Below are positions 45,663 through 55,384 of a DNA stretch of 64,000 bases, piece by piece (positions within the stretch are counted from its first letter, which is position 1; each line of letters starts with the position of its first letter). Below the pieces are notes generated by a model. That model was given only the letters and a program-made list of their open reading frames with translations, was not told the DNA's origin and searched no databases. Where the stretch lies: NCBI GenBank assembly GCA_017413105.1, contig JAFPVA010000235.1, forward strand, positions 6,045 through 70,044, read 5' to 3'. The stretch comes from Butyrivibrio sp. GTDB lineage: Bacteria; Bacillota; Clostridia; Lachnospirales; Lachnospiraceae. A program made the translations under genes and the position numbers.

Positions 45663-47036
45663 TTACATGCTGATTATGCCAAATACATTGAGCACTGCAC
45701 TCACAAGAATTATCACTACAAATACAGGACACAGGAATCTGATCATGAAGGAAAAGATGTGCTTTCTTCCGAAAGGATGTCCACCTTCCTCGACCTCCTG
45801 GGAAAGTTTCTCAACAGTCATATATTTTGTGATAAGAATGCAGGTTGCAAGGGCTGCAATAGGCATCATGATCGAATTTGTAATGAAATCAAAGAAATCC
45901 AAAAACTGCATTCCAATGATAGTCACATTTGAAAGCGGTCCGTTTCCAAGAGAGGAAAGGCTTCCGAGGCCAACCATAATGACAGCCATTATGATGGTGC
46001 CTCTTTTTCTGCTCCAGCCAAACTCATCTGAAAAAGTAGATACGGCGCTCTCTGTCAGCGCAATGGCACTTGTAACAGCTGCAAAAAGCACAAGCGCAAA
46101 GAACAGGATACCGATTATCCTTCCAAATCCCATGCTGGCAAATATCTTGGGCATGGTGATGAACATAAGAGAAGGTCCCGCTTTTAACATACTCTGATCC
46201 CCGTTGTAAAAAGAGAATACTGCAGGGATGATCATAAGGCTCGCCAATATAGCTATCGCTGTATCAAAGAACTCCACCTGTCTAGTGGACTCGTCAATGC
46301 TGACTTCTTTTTTTACATAGGAACCAAAAGTGATCAGGATTCCCATTGCTATGGACAGGGAATAAAACATCTGTCCCATGGCGGTAACAACAGTCATAAC
46401 GGAAAAGTTTGTCACATTTGGGATAAAGAGATACTTAACGCCCTCGATAGCTCCCGGTCTGGTAACAGAATAAATACAAATTATGATTGCCAGAACCACC
46501 AGGATAGGCATTACAAATTTTGAAACTCTTTCAATTCCGTTCTCCACACCCATGAAGATTACGGCGAGAACCAGAATTGCAAATATGATAAACCAAAGCT
46601 CAGAATCAGCACCGTTGGTGATAAAATCTACAAAGAAGCAGTCTGATGCCACAACCTCTGCATCACTCCTAAGGTACTCAAACAGGTATTTGCATACCCA
46701 TCCACCGATAACTGAGTAGTACGGAACAATAAGTATCGGGATGACTGCATTTATCCATCCGCCGATTCCCATAACCTTACTGCCGCTTATAGCGTTGAAA
46801 GCTCCAACAGGGCTCTTTTTTGTTGATCTGCCGATAGCAGTCTCTGCCACTATCATGGTATAACCAAAGGTCAATGCCAGTACTATATAAACCAGCAAAA
46901 AGATTCCGCCGCCGTACTTGGCACAAAGATAAGGAAACCTCCAGATGTTTCCAAGGCCTACCGACGCCCCCGCTGCGGAAAGCACAAAACCGATCTTTCC
47001 TGAGAAAGATCCACGATTATCATTTTTCAAACCCAA
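45663..47036 (-). CDS. Sodium-dependent transporter, NSS/SNF family
   Basis: GASVGLGNIWRFPY...GGG, GQMFYSLS and GPSLMFITMP. Confidence 0.93.
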   Translation of the reverse strand: MGLKNDNRGSFSGKIGFVLSAAGASVGLGNIWRFPYLCAKYGGGIFLLVYIVLALTFGYTMIVAETAIGRSTKKSPVGAFNAISGSKVMGIGGWINAVIPILIVPYYSVIGGWVCKYLFEYLRSDAEVVASDCFFVDFITNGADSELWFIIFAILVLAVIFMGVENGIERVSKFVMPILVVLAIIICIYSVTRPGAIEGVKYLFIPNVTNFSVMTVVTAMGQMFYSLSIAMGILITFGSYVKKEVSIDESTRQVEFFDTAIAILASLMIIPAVFSFYNGDQSMLKAGPSLMFITMPKIFASMGFGRIIGILFFALVLFAAVTSAIALTESAVSTFSDEFGWSRKRGTIIMAVIMVGLGSLSSLGNGPLSNVTIIGMQFLDFFDFITNSIMMPIAALATCILITKYMTVEKLSQEVEEGGHPFGRKHIFSFMIRFLCPVFVVIILVSAVLNVFGIISM

Positions 47037-47045
47037 TTTCCCTCT

Positions 47046-49013
47046 TTACTGTTCTTTTGCTGCCAACTGGGTTTCATGAAGCTTGAAGAAATCCACCCTT
47101 GGCTCGAGGAATTTAAACTCATGGTTCTCAGGATCTTCCATTAACTCAGTCAGAGTAGAGAAAATGTAATCCCAGTTATAAATTCTCTCATCCACATTCA
47201 GATATTCACGAACCTTCTCGCAACCATCCGGAGCGATAGGATGCAAAAGAGCTGTTGCAACTCTGATGCCGTAGAAAGAATCTGCGATGACCTGAGCCTT
47301 AAGCTCAAGATCGTTATTGGCATCTGCGGTGCGGATGTTGTTAACAAGATACTTGTTCATGTTGCGGATAAGTGTATCAAGAACATAAGTGATCTTGTGG
47401 AACTGATGGTCATACATATTCTGCTCATAGGTAAGGATTGCATCCTTTGCCTCTTCACGAATCTTCTCGGAAACCTCACGAACAGGAAGCTTGCCGTCAA
47501 AATCCTTCTGAATTGTATAGAAACATGTTCTGATTATCTTATTAAATACGTTGGTAAGAAGGTTTCCGTCCTTAAGTACAGGATCTGCGCCATTTCTCTC
47601 CTCCTCAGGAAGGTATGCCTGTGGATCAAAGCTTACGCTCTTGTTGGCAAGTCCAAGGCTTAAGAAATGCATACGCATCTGCTCTGCGGTATAGAAATCC
47701 AGCAGGTCTTTTGCCATAGGAGGCTTGATGGAACCGGAACTTGATGCCTTCTTGTTCATGAACAGAATGTGGTTGTTGGGAACAAGGAAAGTCTTCTTAA
47801 GTCCCAGTGTCTCCCACATAGCCTGCTGTGCAATACCGTAGAAGGAGATATTGTCCTGCCCGATGAACTGGAATACAGTAGCGTCCTCGTCGTTCCAGAA
47901 CTTCTTCCACTCATTTTCATCACAGCCCTTGCTCTCAAGATATGCTCTTGTGAAAGAGATTGGAGCCCAGAGAGATTCAGGCCATACCCAGAAAGTAAGG
48001 TCCTTAAGGCCCTCTTTTTCAGGGAAAGGAACGCCCCACTCAATGTTGCCGGAAAGTCTGAAAGGAACCAGAGTCTTACCAGTACGGTAGTTGATCTCCA
48101 TGCCATCAAGAACTTTTCTTGCAGCATCTCTGTCACCAAGATTCTTAAACACAAAGGTGTAAGAATTCTTATTATCATCAAGAATATCGTGGTTTGGGAA
48201 CTTAGCTCTTAAAGCATCAAGGTCCTCCACAAATTTTTTCTGAACATATATATAAGGAGGCTTAAGGAATTCTTCAATAGTAGTAAGCATGTACTTACGG
48301 GCATTGGAATTCTTGCGGAGGTCATCCACATATGCCTGCATCATAGGAATGCAGTCCTCAAGCTTGTAGTACCAGTTTGTCACATCAACCAGCTCAGGTG
48401 TAAGGCCTGAAAGTGTGCTGTGAGGATCGATGAGCTCAGTAGGCATATACTGGTGGCCAAGATCGCACTCATCCGCATAAGCCTTCTCTGACTGGCAGCC
48501 CTGAATAGGGCACTTACCGATAACCTGGCGTCCGTTCAAAAGACATTTGAACTTAGGGTCATAGAACTGAGGAGAACTCAGCTTCTCAAGAGTTCCCTTC
48601 TCATAAAGTCCCTCAAAGATTTCCTTTGATACTTCCTTGTGGATCTCGCCTGCTCTTCCAAGCGCTGATGCTCCAAAGAGATTGAGGCTGATGCCATATC
48701 TATCAAGAGTCTCCTTCTGTGACTCGTGGTTCTTGCGAACATAATCTTCTATAGTACCTGAAAAGCTTCCGGCTTCCTTCGCTTTACGATATCCCTCTAA
48801 GATAGGAGAACCATAGCAGTCAGTACCTGAAACAAACACAACGTTCTCTTCGCCGATTCTGTCTCTTAAGAATCTGGCAAAAGTATCTGCATGAACAAAA
48901 ACGCCGCCAATATGACCGAAATGCAGTTCCTTGTTGCCGTAGGGCATACCTGCGGTCACAACTGCACGTTTAGGAAATTTGGGACGCATTTTTGGCTGTT
49001 TTACGTATTCCAT
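47046..49013 (-). CDS. metG: Methionyl-tRNA synthetase (MetRS2-like, no C-terminal OB domain)
   Basis: MPYGN..HFGH (HIGH-like), SGTDCYG, Zn-knuckle CPIQGC...ECDLGH, FIGQDN, KASSS (KMSKS-like). Confidence 0.9.
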   Translation of the reverse strand: MEYVKQPKMRPKFPKRAVVTAGMPYGNKELHFGHIGGVFVHADTFARFLRDRIGEENVVFVSGTDCYGSPILEGYRKAKEAGSFSGTIEDYVRKNHESQKETLDRYGISLNLFGASALGRAGEIHKEVSKEIFEGLYEKGTLEKLSSPQFYDPKFKCLLNGRQVIGKCPIQGCQSEKAYADECDLGHQYMPTELIDPHSTLSGLTPELVDVTNWYYKLEDCIPMMQAYVDDLRKNSNARKYMLTTIEEFLKPPYIYVQKKFVEDLDALRAKFPNHDILDDNKNSYTFVFKNLGDRDAARKVLDGMEINYRTGKTLVPFRLSGNIEWGVPFPEKEGLKDLTFWVWPESLWAPISFTRAYLESKGCDENEWKKFWNDEDATVFQFIGQDNISFYGIAQQAMWETLGLKKTFLVPNNHILFMNKKASSSGSIKPPMAKDLLDFYTAEQMRMHFLSLGLANKSVSFDPQAYLPEEERNGADPVLKDGNLLTNVFNKIIRTCFYTIQKDFDGKLPVREVSEKIREEAKDAILTYEQNMYDHQFHKITYVLDTLIRNMNKYLVNNIRTADANNDLELKAQVIADSFYGIRVATALLHPIAPDGCEKVREYLNVDERIYNWDYIFSTLTELMEDPENHEFKFLEPRVDFFKLHETQLAAKEQ

Positions 49014-49102
49014 AATCTACCTCGTTACATATTTAATCTAGCCTTGATATTTTATGTTTATTACGGTTTTCTGTCAATATATCTATCATCGTTTTCTCCT
49101 AT

Positions 49103-49819
49103 TCATAAAGGAAGCTTAAGCTCAAGATCAGCCTTTAGTGAATGCTCAAGGCACAACCGGACATTTCTCATGTCGCTAAAATCCACGAATTCCTCAGCTT
49201 TTTTTCTGGGGTTGCCGCTGGCTTCTTTTCTGTCGATGAGACGGCTCCTTAAATCAGTAGCATCTCCTCTGATAAAAATGGTATAGTCCGCCATCTCTTT
49301 AAGGTCTCTCCAAAGAACCTCATCAAGCAGCAGATAGTTGCCTTCGAGGATAACTATGTCTCCCTCGACCTGTATGGCATCCTCTACCGGATTGTGGAGA
49401 TGTCTGTCATAGGAGGGCCATCCGCAGTTTTCCCCGGCTGCCACCTGCTTTATCTTTGAATTAAGTCCCTCAAGATCAAAGGTCACAGGCGCCCCTTTTA
49501 TGCGGACCATAGGCATCTTCACTCCGTCAACCTCAGTTTCATGACTCGTCAGATATTCCTGTCTTCTGTGGAAGCCGTCCATTCCGATGGCCTGCACTTT
49601 AGTATTCTCAAGAAACTCTTTTGAATAATGCTCCAAAAAGCTTGCCAGAGTGCTCTTTCCCGCACCGGGCGGCGCAGCCAGCATCACAAGAATTCGCCTT
49701 CCCTTTTCCTTTCTCATATCTGCGAGCCTTAGTAAAAGAGGTTCCAGTATATTTTTTATAGTCTCATCGCTGTAGTCTGCATCTACATCTATTCCGTTTA
49801 TGTTTACCCGATATTTCAT
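49103..49819 (-). CDS. P-loop nucleoside/pantothenate kinase-like protein (YggC/FrcK family)
   Basis: APPGAGKST, MDGFH, KGAPVTFD, PSYDRHLHNP and EGNYLL. Confidence 0.88.
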   Translation of the reverse strand: MKYRVNINGIDVDADYSDETIKNILEPLLLRLADMRKEKGRRILVMLAAPPGAGKSTLASFLEHYSKEFLENTKVQAIGMDGFHRRQEYLTSHETEVDGVKMPMVRIKGAPVTFDLEGLNSKIKQVAAGENCGWPSYDRHLHNPVEDAIQVEGDIVILEGNYLLLDEVLWRDLKEMADYTIFIRGDATDLRSRLIDRKEASGNPRKKAEEFVDFSDMRNVRLCLEHSLKADLELKLPL

Positions 49820-51903
49820 CTTCTTGCATCTCTACCTTTTCTTATGCAGTCCTGACATAATGCATACTGATATGACCACTTAAGCTTCTTTCCGCAGATT
49901 TTGCAGGACTTCATGCTGAGTTTCTGCATATCCAGGATAATGAATATCTTTTCCGAGATCTGTCGCTTGATCTCAAGGATATCTGCAAGATCTTCCTCCT
50001 CGCCAAACATTCTGGTAAAAGAGTAAAGAAAATCATAGACAGCGCTGCTGACTTCAAGGATCTGCAGGGCACGGGCGTATTGAGGATTTACGCCGGAGGC
50101 ATTATGTATCTCCATGGACTCACGAAGGTCAATCGGAATCCCGTTTGCCAGGCGCTTGTAATAGTCCGTATATATTTCAAAAACCTCTCTGTTATCAGGA
50201 TTTACAGGGATACGGATGAATTGTCTAATGAGCTCACGGTCATCCAGGATATCTTCAAGAGCGTGGGCCACCCTTATCTTCTCAGTAATATCGCCCTTGT
50301 CGTAGTAGTCCGCCGCAGGAATCTGATTCCACAGCTCAAGGATTGTGGACACTTTTCCGTCCTTTTCAAGGAATTCCTCAGGGATACTTATCATTGCCCT
50401 GTTGATTGGAAGTGCCTTGTAATACAAGAGTCTCGAAATGATGTCATAGTCATAGTAAGCACCCACGTAGCCCACATCATACCTGCCATATCGGCCCGCG
50501 CGTCCCGCAATCTGCTTTATCTCCGAAATGGTGAGGGGTCTTTGTTTTACCCCGTCATACTTAACAGTCTCCAAAAAGACAACTCGCCTGATAGGAAGGT
50601 TCATGCCCATTCCGATGGCATCGGTGGCCACCACAACATCTGTTACACCCTCGGCAAACTTTCCGGCTTCCCTGTGCCTTACGTCATAAGGCAGGGATCC
50701 GTAGATAATACTGCACTTTACACCACTGTCCTGCAGTTCTGCTGCCACACTGTGCACATCCTTACGGGAAAAGACAATTAGGGCGTCCCCCTTCTTTACA
50801 TCCTCCGGAAATCTGAAGTTTTCCGCTTCTTCATCCATTTCAAGCGGCGTCATTCTCTCATGATGCATGATTTCCATTGTGTCGCCGCAGCTCTTTATCA
50901 TTTTGACAAGGAGCTTTTCTGCATCCGGTGAAGCACAGATATGGATCTTCTTTGCCCGAAGTCCGAGAATTGCAGCGGTCCAGGAGCCTCCACGCTGCCT
51001 GTCAGCGACCATCTGGGCTTCATCAATTATCGCCATGTCCCACTCTTCCCTAAGACTCATCATCTCAATGGTGGAGGACTGATGAAAAGAGCCGGGAACC
51101 AGGATTCTCTCTTCTCCCGTGATCATTGAGCAGGGACAGCCGTTGCTGTTCATGTTCTCATACTGCTCATAGGCAAGGAGTCTTAAGGGCGCAAGATAGA
51201 TTCCGCTGTCCGCCTCCATAAGCTCCTGTATTGCATTATAGGTCTTTCCTGAATTGGTCGGGCCTATATGCAGGACAAAATGTCTTTTCATCTGCCTTGC
51301 AAGAGGGAAAAGCTTGGTGTAGTCATCAGGAGTTGATGTCTCAATGCTCCTGTAAAGAAGCTGCTTGGCTTCCATGGTCTTTTTCAGTCTCTCTGTAGCC
51401 TGGCTGTATCTTGGGTTATGTGAAAGCTGCTCATAGACCACCATCTCGTTGAGACGGGTCTTTATATATTCCACGATAACCTTGTCCTTCTTAGTGTCAT
51501 GAAGGAAACCCATGATAAGCCTGGTCGATATCTTGTCGCTGTAGGACATGACATATTCTACCAGCTGCATATTGTCGCATTCCAGCACAACTCCGTGAAC
51601 CACCCTTGAAAGATCAGGCAACATGTCTCTTAACATGTTTCCGTTGAACTTTTCCGGAACAAATTCGCAGAATTTACCTACATTGCCTTTAAAAACTTCC
51701 TGCCTCTGGGTACGCCCGTAAGGCCCCGTCACCTGCATAAACATCTTTCCGGTTGCAAGTTCATCCAAAAAAGCAGTATAAACAGCCCTGCAGACATCCT
51801 CTGAGTGCTTTTTCCAGTACTCGTCGAACTCTTTTCGCGGAAAGGCCTTTTCTGCCAGATATTTTTGTTTTCTGTCTCGTTCTCTTCTAAATTTATAATT
51901 CAT
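49816..51903 (-). CDS. Suv3-like SF2 RNA helicase with a C-terminal Zn finger
   Basis: GPTNSGKT, LAPLRLLA, IDEAQM, ATDAIGMG, QIAGRAGR; terminal CKIC...CQDC. Confidence 0.92.
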   Translation of the reverse strand: MNYKFRRERDRKQKYLAEKAFPRKEFDEYWKKHSEDVCRAVYTAFLDELATGKMFMQVTGPYGRTQRQEVFKGNVGKFCEFVPEKFNGNMLRDMLPDLSRVVHGVVLECDNMQLVEYVMSYSDKISTRLIMGFLHDTKKDKVIVEYIKTRLNEMVVYEQLSHNPRYSQATERLKKTMEAKQLLYRSIETSTPDDYTKLFPLARQMKRHFVLHIGPTNSGKTYNAIQELMEADSGIYLAPLRLLAYEQYENMNSNGCPCSMITGEERILVPGSFHQSSTIEMMSLREEWDMAIIDEAQMVADRQRGGSWTAAILGLRAKKIHICASPDAEKLLVKMIKSCGDTMEIMHHERMTPLEMDEEAENFRFPEDVKKGDALIVFSRKDVHSVAAELQDSGVKCSIIYGSLPYDVRHREAGKFAEGVTDVVVATDAIGMGMNLPIRRVVFLETVKYDGVKQRPLTISEIKQIAGRAGRYGRYDVGYVGAYYDYDIISRLLYYKALPINRAMISIPEEFLEKDGKVSTILELWNQIPAADYYDKGDITEKIRVAHALEDILDDRELIRQFIRIPVNPDNREVFEIYTDYYKRLANGIPIDLRESMEIHNASGVNPQYARALQILEVSSAVYDFLYSFTRMFGEEEDLADILEIKRQISEKIFIILDMQKLSMKSCKICGKKLKWSYQYALCQDCIRKGRDARR

Positions 51904-51956
51904 AATCCTATTTTAACTCAAAAAGAGGCAGCCGAAGCTGCCCCAAATATGATTTA

Positions 51957-53120
51957 TTACTCAACTGCTGTAAACTCGATTATCGGCTTCTTTTCCCTCT
52001 CAGCTAAAAGTTTATCGAATTCTTCCTGTCCCCCGGTAAAATCTGTGCTGTCTTCAAAAGAATTCTTTTCTCTTGTGAAGCCTGTAAACTCGTTATTTCC
52101 TGAATTCACACCATCTGTGATATAGTCCTTCATCATAATAGAGCCGATTCCATCAGCTATGAAGTAGGTAGAGTAGTTGTGATTGTCACCGCCATAAAGG
52201 ATTCCGTCCGCTGCTCTTAAAGGATATGCTGACCCATTTCCTTCTGCCATTCCAAGCTGCTTTACTTTTCCCTCATACTTTCCGTATAAAGAAGCAAAGA
52301 AAGCAGAATGATCTGCCTCAAACACAAGATCCGTAACCGCAAGGATTTCCTCTTCACTTCCTGTAAGCTTGATGTATGCATATCCCTGTCCGGGGGTGAG
52401 CGCTGCAATTACGTCCTCGTAAGAGTCAAAGCTTGTCTTTCCTGACTGTTCCTGGAGGAAATCATCAGGCATGTTGGCATATGGCTCATTACCTTCCTCG
52501 TACATCTGCTCTGCAATCGCCTGAATATCAAATCCTTCAAGATCCTTGGCTGTAGCTGTAAGACTATAGGAAATTCCAATCTCCATATCATACCAGGTTA
52601 TCATATCGACGTACCCGGTGTCATTGATGGAACGATAGGTCTTACCTGTCATATTACCACCGCCCCAGTTTGCAAGTGTTACATCTTCAGGGCCTACAGT
52701 CCACTGAACGTAGTTACCTGAAATATCTGTATCTTCTGATACCCCCTGTTGTGCTCTGGCTGTAAAATTGGTCTCGTCCATTGAGAAGCTGAGCTGAACC
52801 ATTGGCCCTACTCCCTTATCGGGATGCCCAAGGTCTTCACATTTAAGCCAAGCCTGAACCTCAGCCCCTTCTGGAGCCTTGAACAATCTGGTGCAAAGTG
52901 TATTAGCTTCCTCCTCGGTTATCTCAACCCAGGGATTTGCCATTCCGACCATTCCTTCTTTTGTCTCCTCGGAAGTCTCCTCAGCTGCCTTTTCCGTAAC
53001 TTCTTCTACAGTTTCAGTCTGTCCGGTTGTAGCAGGTTCAGCCTGAGTGCTGCTGCAACCTGTAACCACTCCCAGTGACAATGATAAAACTGCCGCCAGT
53101 ACTGCGAATCTTTTTTTCAT
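51957..53120 (-). CDS. Hypothetical lipoprotein
   Basis: Signal peptide with VTGC lipobox, acidic linker, GMANPW motif; GAGGAGG SD. Confidence 0.8.
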   Translation of the reverse strand: MKKRFAVLAAVLSLSLGVVTGCSSTQAEPATTGQTETVEEVTEKAAEETSEETKEGMVGMANPWVEITEEEANTLCTRLFKAPEGAEVQAWLKCEDLGHPDKGVGPMVQLSFSMDETNFTARAQQGVSEDTDISGNYVQWTVGPEDVTLANWGGGNMTGKTYRSINDTGYVDMITWYDMEIGISYSLTATAKDLEGFDIQAIAEQMYEEGNEPYANMPDDFLQEQSGKTSFDSYEDVIAALTPGQGYAYIKLTGSEEEILAVTDLVFEADHSAFFASLYGKYEGKVKQLGMAEGNGSAYPLRAADGILYGGDNHNYSTYFIADGIGSIMMKDYITDGVNSGNNEFTGFTREKNSFEDSTDFTGGQEEFDKLLAEREKKPIIEFTAVE

Positions 53121-53218
53121 AATTTTATCCTCCTCATAAAATTAAATTCCAATTCTATGTTACCTTGTTTTTTGCACCATGATTATTAAAAAAAAATAAA
53201 TCATTTCGAAAAATATGC

Positions 53219-53372
53219 TTGCATTATTTGTTAGCCTATGGTAACATCATCTTGTTAGCAAGAGCTAACAAGTAAGTAAATGCCCTGCCAAGGTGTTTAC
53301 ATGATGACATACTAGTCATAAAAAATCTCCTACCTAAAAGCCGGTACATCTTGCCAATGTACCGGCCTTTTT
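53219..53372 (+). ncRNA. Probable ~120-nt small RNA with its own promoter and terminator
   Basis: TTGCAT, 17 nt, TAACAT with extended TG; three hairpins, a CU-rich single-stranded segment, and a GC-rich terminator with a U-tail; no ORF with an SD. Confidence 0.65.
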
Positions 53373-53493
53373 ATTGTTCTTTTTCACGTTAATGCGATAA
53401 TTTACTTATTTTTTATAGATATTTCAATGAAACAATGTTATGATTATATCACCTTCATGTAGGAGTCGCCGTGGCTCCTGCATTCATAAGAAA

Positions 53494-53529
53494 ACGGAGA
53501 GCGGTCAAGTTCTTGACTTAGCTCTCCGT
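53494..53529. terminator. Hairpin downstream of the LexA-like ORF
   Basis: acggagagc..gtcaag..cttgac..gctctccgt inverted repeat. Confidence 0.55.
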
Positions 53530-53559
53530 ACTACGTTTATAAGATACTATATTCAGTTT

Positions 53560-53757
53560 TTATCTGCTTTTTACAGGAATAAGCACCAGGCTGTTCCTGA
53601 GCATTCCGATGCGGTAGAGGTTTAATACATAAAACATCGCACCAAGGATTGTTATAATTCCAAAAGCATTTATAAGCTCTTCCATTGTCGGCGGATACCC
53701 ACGACGTCTTGTGTAATTACCTACATATTCAGCTATCTTTGATTCAAGTCTTCCCAT
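53560..53757 (-). CDS. Stand-alone LexA N-terminal (winged-HTH)-like protein, 65 aa
   Basis: KIAEYVGNYTRRRGYPPTMEEL...FG...YVLNLYRIGML resembles LexA N-domain IxxYxxxxGYPPTxREI...HLxxLxxxGxL; AAGGGG SD. Confidence 0.55.
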   Translation of the reverse strand: MGRLESKIAEYVGNYTRRRGYPPTMEELINAFGIITILGAMFYVLNLYRIGMLRNSLVLIPVKSR

Positions 53758-53941
53758 AAGTTATTACCCCTTGATTCATTATGATGTTCTTATGATACCT
53801 CGGTCTTGTTTCCAATTTGTGGCTAGAATCTTAAATAACTATAAACTGTCACTCATTTTTTTAATCACTAAAGTGAACTAAAGCATCAAAAGATCATTTA
53901 TGGCATCCCAGATCATCTCAAAAACCATGTATAATTTAATT

Positions 53942-55153
53942 ATGATAAAACAAGGCTTTCTATTAACAACTGCATTATGTACTTTGTTCCTTGGGCTCAC
54001 CACCACTGTAACGCCAGCATCTGCCCCAATACCTACCACCGCACAAGTTGGCAGTCTCCTTTCCGTGACAGGTAAAAAAACTACCGACCTCTCTCAGGAA
54101 GTCTCCATCGTCATGGTTGGTGATATCCTTCTACACACACCGGTGGAGGAGGCTGCAAAGAATGCGGACGGAAGCTACAACTATGATTTCATCTTCCAAA
54201 ATGTAAAAAAAGAAATCAGCGCAGCAGACATTGCCATCGTAAATCAGGAAGTCATAATAGGCGGCCAGGAGCTTGGAGTCAGCGGATATCCCGCATTTAA
54301 CGCACCTTACCCAATAGGCGATGCTCTGGTAACCGCAGGCTTTGACGTAGTGTGCCATGGAACCAATCATGCTTTGGACAAGGGTAAAAAAGGAGTCGTA
54401 AACTGCTACAACTATTGGAAAAACACCCATCCCGAGATAAAGGTTGTTGGAATAAACGGCACGGATGCTGATTACACCAATATTGATATTCTTGAGAAAA
54501 ATGGAATCCGGATTGCCATTCTCAACTACACCTATGGCACAAACGGAATTTCCCAGCCAAAAGATATGCCGCATGCAGTGGATATGCTGGAGGAAAAGAA
54601 AGTCATCTCTGACCTTAAGTATGCTGAAGAGAATGCCGACTTTACTATAGTCTGCCCTCATTGGGGAACAGAATATAAGCTTGAGATAGACAAAAGTCAG
54701 GAAAAATGGACAAAGATTTTCAGGGAAAATGGAGCTGACCTTGTCATCGGCACCCATCCCCATGTCATAGAACCTGTAGAGTTTTTGCAGGACGAAGCTC
54801 CCGGGATTACCAACAACCATGGCAACGGCGATATGCTTGTTTACTATTCCCTTGGTAATTTCGTAAACTGGACCTCCTCCTCAGGAAAAGGCATAGCAAA
54901 CCGCTGTCTGGGAGGAATGGCGACGGTTACTATAAAAAAGGACAAAAACGGAGAAACAGTTATCAAGAACCACGGCATCAAAGCTCTGGTTTGTCATCTG
55001 CAAAGCGGTCCTAAAGGTGTTACTGTTTTTCCTCTTTCACAGTACACCGATGAACAAAGTCTAACTAATGAGATAACTGCACAAGATCCGTCTTTTTCCA
55101 GAAAATATGTAATTGATTTGTGTAACAAAGTATGGGGAAAACTGTGGAAGTAG
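53942..55153 (+). CDS. CapA/PGA_cap-family metallophosphoesterase (secreted or anchored)
   Basis: VGDIL, NQE, TNHALD, PHWG.EY, GTHPHV and YSLGNF motifs; signal peptide from M15 of the tracked ORF. Confidence 0.9.
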   Translation: MIKQGFLLTTALCTLFLGLTTTVTPASAPIPTTAQVGSLLSVTGKKTTDLSQEVSIVMVGDILLHTPVEEAAKNADGSYNYDFIFQNVKKEISAADIAIVNQEVIIGGQELGVSGYPAFNAPYPIGDALVTAGFDVVCHGTNHALDKGKKGVVNCYNYWKNTHPEIKVVGINGTDADYTNIDILEKNGIRIAILNYTYGTNGISQPKDMPHAVDMLEEKKVISDLKYAEENADFTIVCPHWGTEYKLEIDKSQEKWTKIFRENGADLVIGTHPHVIEPVEFLQDEAPGITNNHGNGDMLVYYSLGNFVNWTSSSGKGIANRCLGGMATVTIKKDKNGETVIKNHGIKALVCHLQSGPKGVTVFPLSQYTDEQSLTNEITAQDPSFSRKYVIDLCNKVWGKLWK

Positions 55154-55155
55154 AA

Positions 55156-55198
55156 AAACCGGTCACTGCTATCAAACTAAAGCAGTGACCGATTTTTT
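55156..55198 (+). terminator. Terminator after the capA-like gene
   Basis: cggtcactgc...gcagtgaccg followed by a T-run. Confidence 0.75.
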
Positions 55199-55324
55199 AG
55201 GGAAATATGTATGTTAATTATAGGGAATCGATAAAGTTAAAAACCTTTCCAAAATACAGATCAGGATTTATGATAAAAATCAATACAATACAAAGAAAAT
55301 TCACAAATTGATTTTGGGCAAAAA

Positions 55325-55357
55325 AAGTACCGAAAGCAGATTTGCCTCCGGTACTTT
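55325..55357 (-). terminator. Terminator after the esterase gene
   Basis: aagtaccg...cggtactt with an A-run on the plus strand. Confidence 0.65.
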
Positions 55358-55384
55358 AAAGTGTAGTTTCCAGTAATAAAAAGT

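Noticed and set aside
50080-50781. Long antisense ORFs (also 54131-54820, 17163-17810, 28415-29044, 13267-13857, 35695-36258)
   Set aside because: All overlap well-supported genes on the opposite strand and show no protein motifs.
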